A DNA stretch of 64,000 nucleotides. Origin: Octopus vulgaris. Lineage: Eukaryota. Below are positions 53,573 through 64,000 of the stretch, piece after piece. The notes beneath the pieces were generated by a model that ran no database searches, had not been told where the DNA came from, and saw nothing but the letters and a program-made list of their open reading frames with translations. Made by a program: the position numbers and the translations under genes. Every line of letters starts with the position of its first letter. The stretch's first letter is position 1. The DNA lies in contig OX597828.1 of the NCBI GenBank assembly GCA_951406725.2, positions 57,474,001 to 57,538,000 of the forward strand, in the 5' to 3' direction.

Positions 53573-53887
53573 TGAGACCCCCTTAGTGCATGGCTGACCA
53601 TGGGATTGCACTTAGAAAGTTACCCTCCTAGGCACAAGTCCGGGCAAGTCCCCCATGTATACCAGTCTCCCCTCTCCACACCACTGATGTTATCCAAGGA
53701 AAAGGCAAAACCCGACACGGCTAGGCACCAGTGATGTCGCAACTCATTTCTACAGCTGAGTGAACTGGAGCAACGTGAAATAAAGTGTCTTGCTCAAGAA
53801 CACAACACATAGCCCGGCCCAGGATTCGAACTCACAACCTCACGATCGCAAGCTCGATGCTCTAACCAGTGCGCCAAGTGCATTCAC
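53571..53887 (-). mobile_element. tRNA-derived SINE (distinct family)
   Basis: Reverse complement: tggcgcactggttagagcatcg...gagttcgaatcctggg (A/B boxes), CORE-like gttgtgttcttgagcaagacacttta, and an extended body. Confidence 0.8.
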
Positions 53888-54082
53888 TCTCTCTCTCTCT
53901 CTCTATTTATATATATATATATATACATACATACATACATACGTACATACATACATACATACATATATACATACATGCATACAAAAATACCATGTTGCTG
54001 ATGTTGAAATTCCAATGAAAAAGATTGGTATCTAGGTTAGAAACCGGTTCTTTCTATATTGGCAAGAAATCTTAAAAGTGAC

Positions 54083-54129
<47 letters not shown>

Positions 54130-54570
54130 CGCGACAGCAACAGCAGCAGCACTGAATCCTTGTGGTTGGGTAGGAAACTTCTTACAACACAGCTCCGTCT
54201 GCGCCCATAGCCACACCTAAACCTATCACGGACGATTTCTTTACAAATTTCCACATCAATATGGAATTCTGGTTTCAATCCTTCCTCCTTAGGGAATTAA
54301 CTTGTAACAGAACCGAGCGTCGATTAGAAATTGCGGATTGAATTTGGTTTGAAGGACACAACGTCAGACTCTGTTAAACTGATTGCGCCAGGAATTCAAT
54401 GGTCGTCTGACAACATCAGTCACTCTAATAGAATGATTCTGGTTAATGATTGCGTAAGTGTACGCATATCTCAACCACTTAAACGCTACAGCAATGAATA
54501 GGGGATTCTGTGCATGATGTTAGCTCAGTGACAGACATCAGTAGTTATATTCATACACACACACACTCGC

Positions 54571-54617
<47 letters not shown>

Positions 54618-54848
54618 CACACACACAGACACATAAAAGCATATGAATGTATATATGCTGTAGGGAATTTGTTTTACAAGTGAATAGGCGCAGGAGTGGC
54701 TCTGTGGTAAGTAGCTTGCTTACCAACCACATGATACCGGGTTCAGTCCCACTGCGTGGCAACTTGGGCAAGTGTCTTCTACTATAGCCTCGGGCGGGCC
54801 AAAACCTTGTAAGTGGATTTGGAAGGCAGAAACTGAAAGAAGTCCGTC

Positions 54849-54892
<44 letters not shown>

Positions 54893-55012
54893 ACAATAAA
54901 GGAACGGCCATAATAGGCCATTCACCTACTAGAAATAACAGCCAAAGCTTCAACCGCAAATAAAAGTTAATTCAGTAAACCAGGAGAAAATTTAAAAAAC
55001 ATTTACCCTGTA

Positions 55013-55119
55013 ATTTCTTATACGATATACCGTTTCATCTGCTGATTAATGGTAAACTAACCTGATTAAATTAAATCAAGCTAATCTTCCACAGGCCCTC
55101 AGATTCTTCAGTAAGAAAT
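55013..55119 (-). ncRNA. Type I hammerhead ribozyme, copy 1
   Basis: atttctta-CTGAAGA-atctg-[58 nt]-cagat-GAAA-CGGTATATCG-TA-taagaaat. Confidence 0.85.
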
Positions 55120-55504
55120 AGCCCAAGACGGAACAGATATTTTCACGAGGATTTCCGACGTTGCCAAGTTTATATCTGACCTAAAATTTTCAAATCGTCG
55201 CACTCGCGCCAAATTTATCGGCAGCAAATAAATATAAGCCGTCGATTCCATTACGGAATTAACCAGAAAATTCATAATTAATCAATATAGGGTGGCAAAA
55301 AAAATTTTGTAGAATTATTTTGCCACCAGCGGCCTAGTAGGAAAAAATTAAAAAAGTCATAGACCATTTTTAAGTTCAACATCAACAATAAAGGAACGGC
55401 CATAATAGGCCATTCACCTACTAGAAATAACAGCCAAAGCTTCAACCGCAAATAAAAGTTAATTCAGTAAACCAGGAGAAAATTTAAAAAACATTTACCC
55501 TGTA

Positions 55505-55611
55505 ATTTCTTATACAATATACCGTTTCATCTGCTGATTAATGGTAAACTAACCTGATTAAATTAAATCAAGCTAATCTTCCACAGGCCCTCAGATTCTT
55601 CAGTAAGAAAT
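55505..55611 (-). ncRNA. Type I hammerhead ribozyme, copy 2
   Basis: As copy 1, with one stem III G-C pair changed to G-U. Confidence 0.8.
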
Positions 55612-55997
55612 AGCCCAAGACGGAACAGATATTTTCACGAGGCATTTCCGACGTTGCCAAGTTTATATCTGACCTAAAATTTTCAAATCGTCGCACTCGC
55701 GCCAAATTTATCGGCAGCAAATAAATATAAGCCGTCGATTCCATTACGGAATTAACCAGAAAATTCATAATTAATCAATATAGGGTGACAAAAAAAATTT
55801 TGTAGAATTCTTTTGCCACCAGCGGCCTAGTAGGAAAAAATTAAAAAAGTCATAGACCATTTTTAAGTTCAACATCAACAATAAAGGAACGGCCATAATA
55901 GGCCATTCACCTACTAGAAATAACAGCCAAAGCTTCAACCGCAAATAAAAGTTAATTCAGTAAACCAGGAGAAAATTTAAAAAACATTTACCCTGTA

Positions 55998-56104
55998 ATT
56001 TCTTATACGATATACCGTTTCATCTGCTGATTAATGGTAAACTAACCTGATTAAATTAAATCAAGCTAATCTTCCACAGGCCCTCAGATTCTTCAGTAAG
56101 AAAT
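55998..56104 (-). ncRNA. Type I hammerhead ribozyme, copy 3
   Basis: Identical to copy 1 by eye. Confidence 0.85.
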
Positions 56105-56247
56105 AGCCCAAGACGGAACAGATATTTTCACGAGGCATTTGCTGCCGATAAATTTGGCGCGAGTGCGACGATTTGAAAATTTTAGGTAAGATATAAACTT
56201 GGCAACGTCGGAAATGCCTCGTGAAAATATCTGTTCCGTCTTGGGCT

Positions 56248-56354
56248 ATTTCTTACTGAAGAATCTGAGGGCCTGTGGAAGATTAGCTTGATTTAATTTA
56301 ATCAGGTTAGTTTACCATTAATCAGCAGATGAAACGGTATATCGTATAAGAAAT
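56248..56354 (+). ncRNA. Type I hammerhead ribozyme, copy 4 (inverted arm)
   Basis: Stem I 56248-55/56347-54 (8 bp), CTGAAGA 56256-62, stem II 56263-67/56326-30, GAAA 56331-34, predicted cleavage after GUA at 56346. Confidence 0.85.
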
Positions 56355-56577
56355 TACAGGGTAAATGTTTTTTAAATTTTCTCCTGGTTTACTGAATTAA
56401 CTTTTATTTGCGGTTGAAGCTTTGGCTGTTATTTCTAGTAGGTGAATGGCCTATTATGGCCGTTCCTTTATTGTTGATGTTGAACTTAAAAATGGTCTAT
56501 GACTTTTTTAATTTTTTCCTACTAGGCCGCTGGTGGCAAAAGAATTCTACAAAATTTTTTTTGCCACCCTATATTGA

Positions 56578-56623
<46 letters not shown>

Positions 56624-57089
56624 ATGTTTGTGTGTCTGTGTTTGTCCCCCCAACGTCACTTGACAACCGATGCCGATGTGTTTACGTCCCCGTCACCTAG
56701 CGTTTCGGCAAGAGTCACCGAAAGAATAAGAACTAGGCTTACCAAGAATAAGCCCTGGGGTCGATTTACTCGACTAAAGGCGGTGCTCCAGCATGGCCGC
56801 AGTCAAATGACTGAAACAAATAAAAGAAAAAAATAAGAAAACAAATGTATTATACACAGACACACGCAAATGCATGTACACTTACACAATTACGATGATT
56901 TTTATGTTAAACAGCCATTAGTCTAGACTTCTCGCCAATAATTTGACGAGATAATTTAACTTGTTAATTTAAGTTGGCAGAAACAACGAACTGATCACTG
57001 TCTCTACTTTTGGCACTTTTTTCATTATCTCACTGCAGTTGCCTGCATCCAGCTACATATGTGTGCCAATGTATGAATATATGCATACA

Positions 57090-57272
57090 AGTAGTAGTAG
57101 TAGTAGAAGTAGTAGGAGTAGTAGTAGTAGTAGTAGTAGCGGGACAAGAAGCAGCAACGGCAGCAGCAGAAACAGCAGCAGCAGCAGTAGTAGTAGTAGT
57201 AGTAGCAGTAGTAGTAGTAGTAGTAGTAGTAGCGGGACAAGAAGCAGCAACGGCAGCAGCAGAAACAGCAGC

Positions 57273-57325
<53 letters not shown>
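57090..57325. repeat. Compound (GTA)n/(GCA)n microsatellite with a duplicated ~93-bp unit
   Basis: gcgggacaagaagcagcaacggcagcagcagaaacagca occurs twice. Confidence 0.9.
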
Positions 57326-57653
57326 CGGCGTGAGCTGCGGTTCACTATTATCGGATATATGTCAGAACTTTTTGGCATATGTCAGATAAACTAGTATTAA
57401 CTTAACAAGTAGTAACTAAGCAGTACTTGTAGTAAGTTAGCAAATACCGAAGTTAGTAAACGTCTTCCCGTCGATTTTCATTACGAGTTATTCCAATACT
57501 AAGTGTATTTCAGAGACATTTGTATCCTTCATATTAGTCTCAGCCAGAAAAAATTTTAACCTGGAGGGAAACGTTCATTTCTTCTCTCTCAAAGGAAATA
57601 GTGATATCTTATACATAATATGAAATGATTCGCTACTTTAGGCATCATGTAAG

Positions 57654-57715
<62 letters not shown>

Positions 57716-58031
57716 ACGCACACATACCTTCACCAAAACATATTTTTATTATTTTCTCAATACCTTCTGCGCTGATCTGTTATAGCATGCAATGATAAAA
57801 GCGATATTATCGATGCAACAGTAGCTCACTTTGATATTATGTGGTTTGACGGGATGCTACACATAGCTTACTTTGATGTTATTTTTCAAGGGAAGGTACA
57901 CGCAGCTGGGGTGCACACACATATACACACACCCATATGTACATCTATGTACACACACCCATATGCACATCTATGTACACACACATTATACAATAAATAA
58001 CAGATTCTCATTCCGGTAACCGGTATACACA

Positions 58032-58260
58032 CGGCGAGCTGGCAGAAACGTTAGCACGCCGGGCGAAATGCTTAGCGGTATTTCGTCTGCGTTACGTTGC
58101 GAGTTCAAATTCCGCCGAGGTCGACTTTGCCTTTCATCCTTTCGGGGTCGATAAATTAAGTACCAGTTACGCACTGGGTTCAATGTAATCGACTTAATAC
58201 CTATGTCTGTCCTTGTTTGTCCCCTCTGTGTTTAGCCCCTTGTGGGTAATAAAGAAATAG
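58032..58260 (+). mobile_element. SINE family A, young copy
   Basis: ggcgagctggcagaaacgttagcacgccgggcg...gcctttcatcctttcggggtcgataaattaagtaccag. Confidence 0.9.
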
Positions 58261-58589
58261 AAATAGGTATACACACATTCTCACTGGCCTTGATTCTTTC
58301 TTGCCCAAATCCCTATAAAGGCTTGTCAAAGACCAAGCTTACAAAGATCAGCTTACTGTCGCACCACCCTAACCAAGGATATCCTCCCTTCTTGCACCTG
58401 ATATGGCTGAAAACACGCTGTCACTTCTAACACGAGGTAATCCGCCTTGTCAAATATCGGCACACTTTCCACTAGACATCTTCGCCCTCCTGCATTTCCA
58501 CGTTCGGTAATCCGAGCTCGAACAAGCCAAGTTTCTATTACAAACCTGCGAAACTTAGATTCACACGGAGCAAAATCAAATTGTCTTAC

Positions 58590-58634
<45 letters not shown>

Positions 58635-58639
58635 GTAAT

Positions 58640-58688
<49 letters not shown>

Positions 58689-59996
58689 TATTCCCCACAC
58701 AATACAGCATCATTCACTCTCTAAAATCACACATACACACAGGTAACACGCACACAGACAATTTTCGCCACGAACATATACTATAGACAGGCACACTATA
58801 TGGTCACACACCCACATACACGCATATATACACGAGCATGCACCACCTGAAGAAGCACGCATCAACTGCTAAACTCAAGGGTCTGCACACGCACGCGCAC
58901 ACACATACGTCTCCCTCTCACAAACACACACGCCTATACGCACACTGACATATTATCACGTCATTACCCACATACAATATATATATATATATATATATAC
59001 ATATATATAAATATATAAATATATGTATATATATAAATATATGTATATTGTGTGTGTGTGTGTGTGCATTTGTGTGTGTGTACAAATCCGCGGATATTCT
59101 ACAGAGGTTATGTTTCTAGATTACATCGAAATAGTTGCTTTAGAAGACATTTTACATCGGTGTCGCACAGGGATGGTGATCAAACAAAACAGGCTACGTA
59201 GGACATATTAATAACTAGAATCAGGGTGATTGTTCTGACATTGAAACGATTTCATTGCCATTCTCTTCCAATTGAATTTATTTTAATTGAAGTGAGTAAA
59301 ATGAATATTTGCAAAGTGTTGATATAGCCATTATGTTGATGATACCTTGTTAGGAAGAGCAGACAAATATTACGTAAGTTATATTCAACACTCTTAAATT
59401 ATACTGTAACATTTTACGCACACTTCCTGTGCGTAAGATTTTTGTTTCAGGCTACTCTGCGGTTACATAACAATTTCATTTACTATGTTTTAGGTATCAG
59501 ATATTGGTTGCATCAATGTATACGTGTGGAATTGAATGTATGTGTGTCTTTCTTGAAATATTTCTTTTTCTTTGTATATTTGCTATCTTCAATATCAAAA
59601 TATATTTTGTTATTTTCAAGCATATAATGTGTCAGTTTTAACATTATTTGAGGAAATAATGGAATTAAAATATGATATATGTACAAGCTATCAAATATAT
59701 ATTATACTGAAAATTAGAAATAATGGAATGCTTTTGTTTTCTTTTTTTTTTTTTGTTTGTTTGTTTTTTAATGTAATTTAACGTAGCTTTTCAAAATGAT
59801 TCATTGAATTGAGGCAGATTTATTAAATTCTAATACATCTTCACCACGTATTACGCACAACTGGCCGGCAAAAAATATTGTCGAATTTGCGGTTTGAATA
59901 TCACTAAGGTAAATCGTGAATCTACTTCAAATCAAGAGACATGTCTTTCATTAATCTTCATTTTATTATCGTTTTGGTATTACACATCTTATCAAA

Positions 59997-60115
59997 TCCT
60001 AGCATGGTTGCATTCCTACCTTGGACGCATTCCTAGCATGGTTGCATTCCTACCTTGGACGCATTCCTAGCATGGTTGCATTCCTACCTTGGACGCATTC
60101 CTAGCTTGGACTCAT
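59997..60115. repeat. Minisatellite, 7 x 17 bp arranged as 34-bp dimers
   Basis: (tcctagcatggttgcat tcctaccttggacgcat) x3 + tcctagcttggactcat. Confidence 0.95.
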
Positions 60116-60734
60116 GACATACGTCTGACAAAGTTGAAGAATCTTAATCTTAAAACAACAGTTAGATGTGTTTTTTATCTTAGATTCAACATTCTGTTCA
60201 GCTAGTTGCAATCCAAGCTCTCACAGCACATTTATTTTCTTACATATTCAGGCCAGCTTCATTTTCTTCTAATTAAGCAACTACTTTCGTCAATGTTTTA
60301 CAAAACTGTACAGTTATAAATTCAGTTGTACACACATACACGCGCGCAAAGGTACATACACATGCAAACACTCACCAACCGCCACCGAACCCCATATACA
60401 AACATCCCACACTCTCACGCATACAAAACGCACGCATACATATATTGTAATCCTCTTTTGTTCTGTTAGGATCTAAAAGAAACGTATCAAATCCGGCGAT
60501 ACATAAATACCAATTGAGAGACACATTATTTAAATGTGAATTACTATAAGTTCCATGCTCTCATAGTACAGTAGTCGGATGAGTTTGTATAGCGTGCCGT
60601 GCAATATACTGCAATCTTGCTAACTCAAAAGAGAGAGGTGACATTTTTAATTGGAAGATTGCAGCATAGTACACATCAAGCTATTCAATCTCGTCCAACA
60701 ACTGTACTATCAGCGCGTAACAGTTGTAAAAGCT

Positions 60735-60876
60735 GCTGGTGTGTTTACGTCCCCAGAGACCAGTAGAATAAGTACTAGGCGTACGAAGAATAAGTCCTGG
60801 GGTCGATTTGCGCGACTAAAGACAGTGCTCCAGCATGGCCACAATCAAATGGCTGAAACAAGTAAAAGAGTAAAAG
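60735..60876 (+). mobile_element. SINE family B 3' half
   Basis: gctggtgtgtttacgtcccc..agaataagtcctggggtcgattt..gtgctccagcatggcc..ctgaaacaagtaaaagag. Confidence 0.85.
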
Positions 60877-61994
60877 AGCATAAGAGTATATGTATCAGAT
60901 TGTTATATAAAGTTAAGATATTTGAAAAAGTTCTATTTTCCCGTAGTAGGGTTATCTAACTCAGCTGGAAGAATGTCCCACACTATTATACTAGTTTATA
61001 TATGAAGTATTGTCTCTATCTAAATTAAACGACGTGGACATTGTTGTTTTTGGAAGTGGAAAAGAATTCTTGTTTAAGTTGAATAACCAGATTCTTGTTT
61101 CTTGATGTTGCAGCGTATTAACCTCTTAATCCTAAAGCTGTACGAAACTGTATATAAGAGTTTAAACATATTACAGGTTCACTATATGCAATAATAGTTA
61201 CGATTTGTTGTGCTGACATTATATCTTTGGGTAACGTTGCGAATTAAGCAGCGTTTGCCAGATATTGGTAAATAATAACGGATTAAATTATACTAATAAT
61301 TCAGACAGTATGAATATGCAATTATCTGCATAACCAGTAGGACATAACATACTTATATTGACTAAGTGACCACATGTAAAGTAATGTAGCTTAGAATGAA
61401 ATATATTTTGATCATCGGTGAAATATTCAAAGACCACGAAGTTGGAGTATGAGAAACGTGAGAAAAACGAGGAGAAAAAACACAAAAAAGGTAGAGTCAC
61501 GCATGCGAGACATTCCTCCTCACTCTCACCAAGTCAGCTATAAGAACGTTGAACCTGGTGTTGTCTGCAATCCTGTACCTTTTAGAATATACAAAAGAAA
61601 ACATATATAACAGCAAGGAGGTTAACGTCCCTGAGATAACCAAACAGATTATTTGGAGAAAGATACCATGTTATATAAACCTGGCTTTCGTTTACATTCC
61701 TTTTTTACATTCTTTAAAAACTTTACTGGTAGCACCTGCCATGCGGCTTACTGGATTTCAAAAAATCTCTTGTTTTAGTCATACACACATACACTCACAC
61801 ATGTATATATGTGTGTGTGTGTGTGTGCGTATGGCTGTGTGTGTGAATGTATGAATATATGGATGTTTCTGTGTATGTACACACACATGTCAAGTGTAGT
61901 AAATATGCACTCCTCAATATACTATTTCATTTTTGCTAACACTAACTGGCGATTTATTATCTTTCAGATTATAGTCTTCTTTTAATCTTTCACT

Positions 61995-62095
61995 CTTTTA
62001 TTTGTTTCAGTCATGTGACTGTGACCATGCTGGAGCACCGCCTTTAGCCGACGTAAACACACCAGCATCGGTTGTCAAGTGATGTTGGGGGACAA

Positions 62096-62156
<61 letters not shown>

Positions 62157-62333
62157 CATATACATATATACGACGGGCTTTTTTCAGTTTCCTTCTACCA
62201 AATCCACTCACAAGGCTTTGGTCGGCCCGAGGCTATAGTAGAAAAGAGTTGCCCAAAGTGCCACGCAGTGGGGCTGAACCTGGAGCCATGTGGTTGGTAA
62301 GCAAGCTACTTACCACACAGTCACTCCTGCGCC
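61995..62333 (-). mobile_element. SINE family B
   Basis: Reverse complement begins ggcgcaggagtgactgtgtggtaagtagcttgcttaccaaccacatgg; internal microsatellite; A-rich tail. Confidence 0.9.
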
Positions 62334-62379
62334 TATAAGCAAGTATACAACTTGCTTAGAGTAGCTAGCCATATCCTGA

Positions 62380-63180
62380 AACAAAAACCACTTAAAAGAG
62401 GGTATATTATGAGTCAAAATAAGGTATATTATGAGAATGTCTGAAAGAATTTCACCACATTCATCACACGAGGAAGGAATTATGACACAGTAGAGGTGCG
62501 ATTCGCGACGGAAGACGAAGCGATTAAGCACTCCACTGTAACCGTAAAGACAGAAGAATGTGTACTTTAGCCAATATACTGTGGCAAGCGCGTTGCCAGG
62601 GTAAGAATTCGAAAAATACCCCCAGAAATAAACGAAATATAGTTGGTAGCATCGATAATGTTTAACATGGAGGAAGAAGTGAGATTATCAAAAGGGACAA
62701 GAACCAAAAGGTTAAATTAGTAGGGTTATGGTATAGAGCTGGTCATACAAGGCAGTTTAAGTGACTTAAACACAATCGCAGAGGAAATAATTTTACCAGG
62801 GGATGTGAGACTGAGAGTGATAGTGGAGGGAAGGCCTCCCATATGCTATCAATGTGGAGTAAAAGGCCACATGGTGGCAAAGTGTCCCTCGAGAGAAGAG
62901 AAACAACAGAAGGAACAGTTTAAAGAACAAGAGTAGGAAGACGAAGTGGTACAAGAGTGTGCGGGGGAGACAGTAGTAACAGTGGTAAATAAGTGAAATA
63001 AGTGAAATAAGTGAAAAGGGAAAGAAACAGTATACTCACCGCCGGAGAGGCAGAAAAAGAAAAAGGAAGAGAAAGAGGTTGAAAAGGAAGTGACAGAAAC
63101 GAGTTTTCTAGCTGCACCAGCGCAAGAGGAAGAGAAGGAGTTGGATAGTAGAGAGAGACAACGTCAGGAAAGTGAACCAA
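62380..63180 (+). mobile_element. Decayed gag-like ORF1 with CCHC zinc knuckle (L1/Tx1-like LINE 5' part)
   Basis: GKRVARVRIRKIPPEINEI*LVAS...LPGDVRLRVIVEGRPPICYQCGVKGHMVAKCP (CX2CX4HX4C at 62844-62885), then an E/K-rich tail; stops present. Confidence 0.7.
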
Positions 63181-63399
63181 CGGTCAGTGCCTTCAATATA
63201 GCACACAATGCAAGTATTTCAAGAACTGTTAGGAAGAAATGGAAAAGAAGAACGAGGCTAGAATAACTCAAAAGATTTGAGCAGATCATTCGATCTTTGG
63301 ATCAACAATAGAGGGTGAAACTTTGATAGACCATTGGTAAGGAGTTATTACAGAGGCAGTTTAATGTCTTAAAATATTTAAAGGTGCGGGTAGCCTTAG

Positions 63400-63620
63400 G
63401 TACACAGAAAAGACCATCTTCTAGATTTTCATTAGATGTTCATTGTTTGACTACTTTAAAATTTCAAAAAGTTCCATGCAACAAAGCCCGAACCCGTTTC
63501 TGTTGTTTAAGAAGGGTTTAGCGATCCTAACGATGTCCCAAATCAACGACAATGTAAAATTTGATTTAAGTTGGGAATGATCGATCAATAGATGGTTCGA
63601 TAGATTTGCACATAGATAAT
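63400..63620 (-). pseudogene. PLE GIY-YIG endonuclease C-terminal remnant
   Basis: ANLSNHL..LKSNF..LIWDIVRIAKPFLNNRNGFGLCCMELFEILK fits the pattern LSxH..IxWxI..AKP...CxLCxxExxxI. Confidence 0.6.
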
Positions 63621-63779
63621 TATGTTCTAGATAAATTGATAGATAGATAGATAGATAGAGAGATAGGTACATACATACATACATACGTACACACATACAT
63701 ACATACATACATACACACATACATACATACATACATACATAGATACATACATACATACACACATACATACATACATACA

Positions 63780-63811
<32 letters not shown>

Positions 63812-64000
63812 CATATTCGCAGTGGTATACATGCGTACATCTATATATACAAGGTTGTATGCAAAGAGAGGGATATACACATATATGTTAACTGATATGT
63901 CTGTATATGTATGTATATCTACGACCATATATGTATGCAAACACATTTTTGTTTCTATTATTCTTTTATACTACGATATTCGCTATTATTGTTATTACTG

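Larger units (their letters stand above)
54891..56583. repeat. ~492-bp tandem repeat (about 2.5 units) followed by a ~443-bp inverted copy; retrozyme-like or non-autonomous PLE
   Basis: Unit starts (caacaataaaggaacgg) at 54891, 55383 and 55876; orientation flips at 56140/56141; (TA)n on both sides; only a handful of differences between copies. Confidence 0.95.
54686..56832 (+). mobile_element. SINE family B split by a 1.7-kb insertion (5' half 54686-54850, 3' half ~56620-56832)
   Basis: The halves match the two halves of the copy at 61995-62333, which flank a short TA/TG microsatellite. Confidence 0.9.

Noticed and set aside
55568-55768. 66-aa ORF in the 492-bp unit
   Set aside because: Broken by a 1-bp deletion in unit 1 and no recognisable domain.
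57010-57389. Poly-Ser and poly-Val/Ala ORFs
   Set aside because: Trinucleotide microsatellite open in several frames.
58270-58690. Possible LINE 3' end before (TAA)n
   Set aside because: Plausible, but I could not recognise a protein or terminal motif.
59997-60115. CRISPR-like appearance of regular repeats (also the SINE multimers)
   Set aside because: No unique spacers, no cas genes, eukaryotic context.

Overview
AT-rich eukaryotic DNA packed with (TA)n, (TG)n, (TACA)n and (TAA)n microsatellites and transposon remnants. The SINE families look like those of a coleoid cephalopod, probably Octopus (inference). I found no host protein-coding exon, true tRNA/rRNA gene or CRISPR array; most entries in the ORF track are microsatellite or antisense artefacts. 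Recognisable content: a near-full-length decayed Hero-like RLE non-LTR element (4.5-7.6 kb), R4/Dong, RTE, CR1-like and L1/Tx1-like fragments, five Tc1/mariner relics, many tRNA-derived SINEs, and three Penelope-like (PLE) GIY-YIG relics. The most interesting signal is a set of short non-coding elements sitting in (TA)n tracts that carry type I hammerhead ribozyme (HHR) motifs. The best case is a young ~492-bp tandem-plus-inverted array at 54.9-56.6 kb, inserted inside a SINE, with four apparently intact HHRs (three on -, one on +) whose stem II holds a ~58-nt structured insertion. All structures were paired by eye and none is computationally or experimentally validated.
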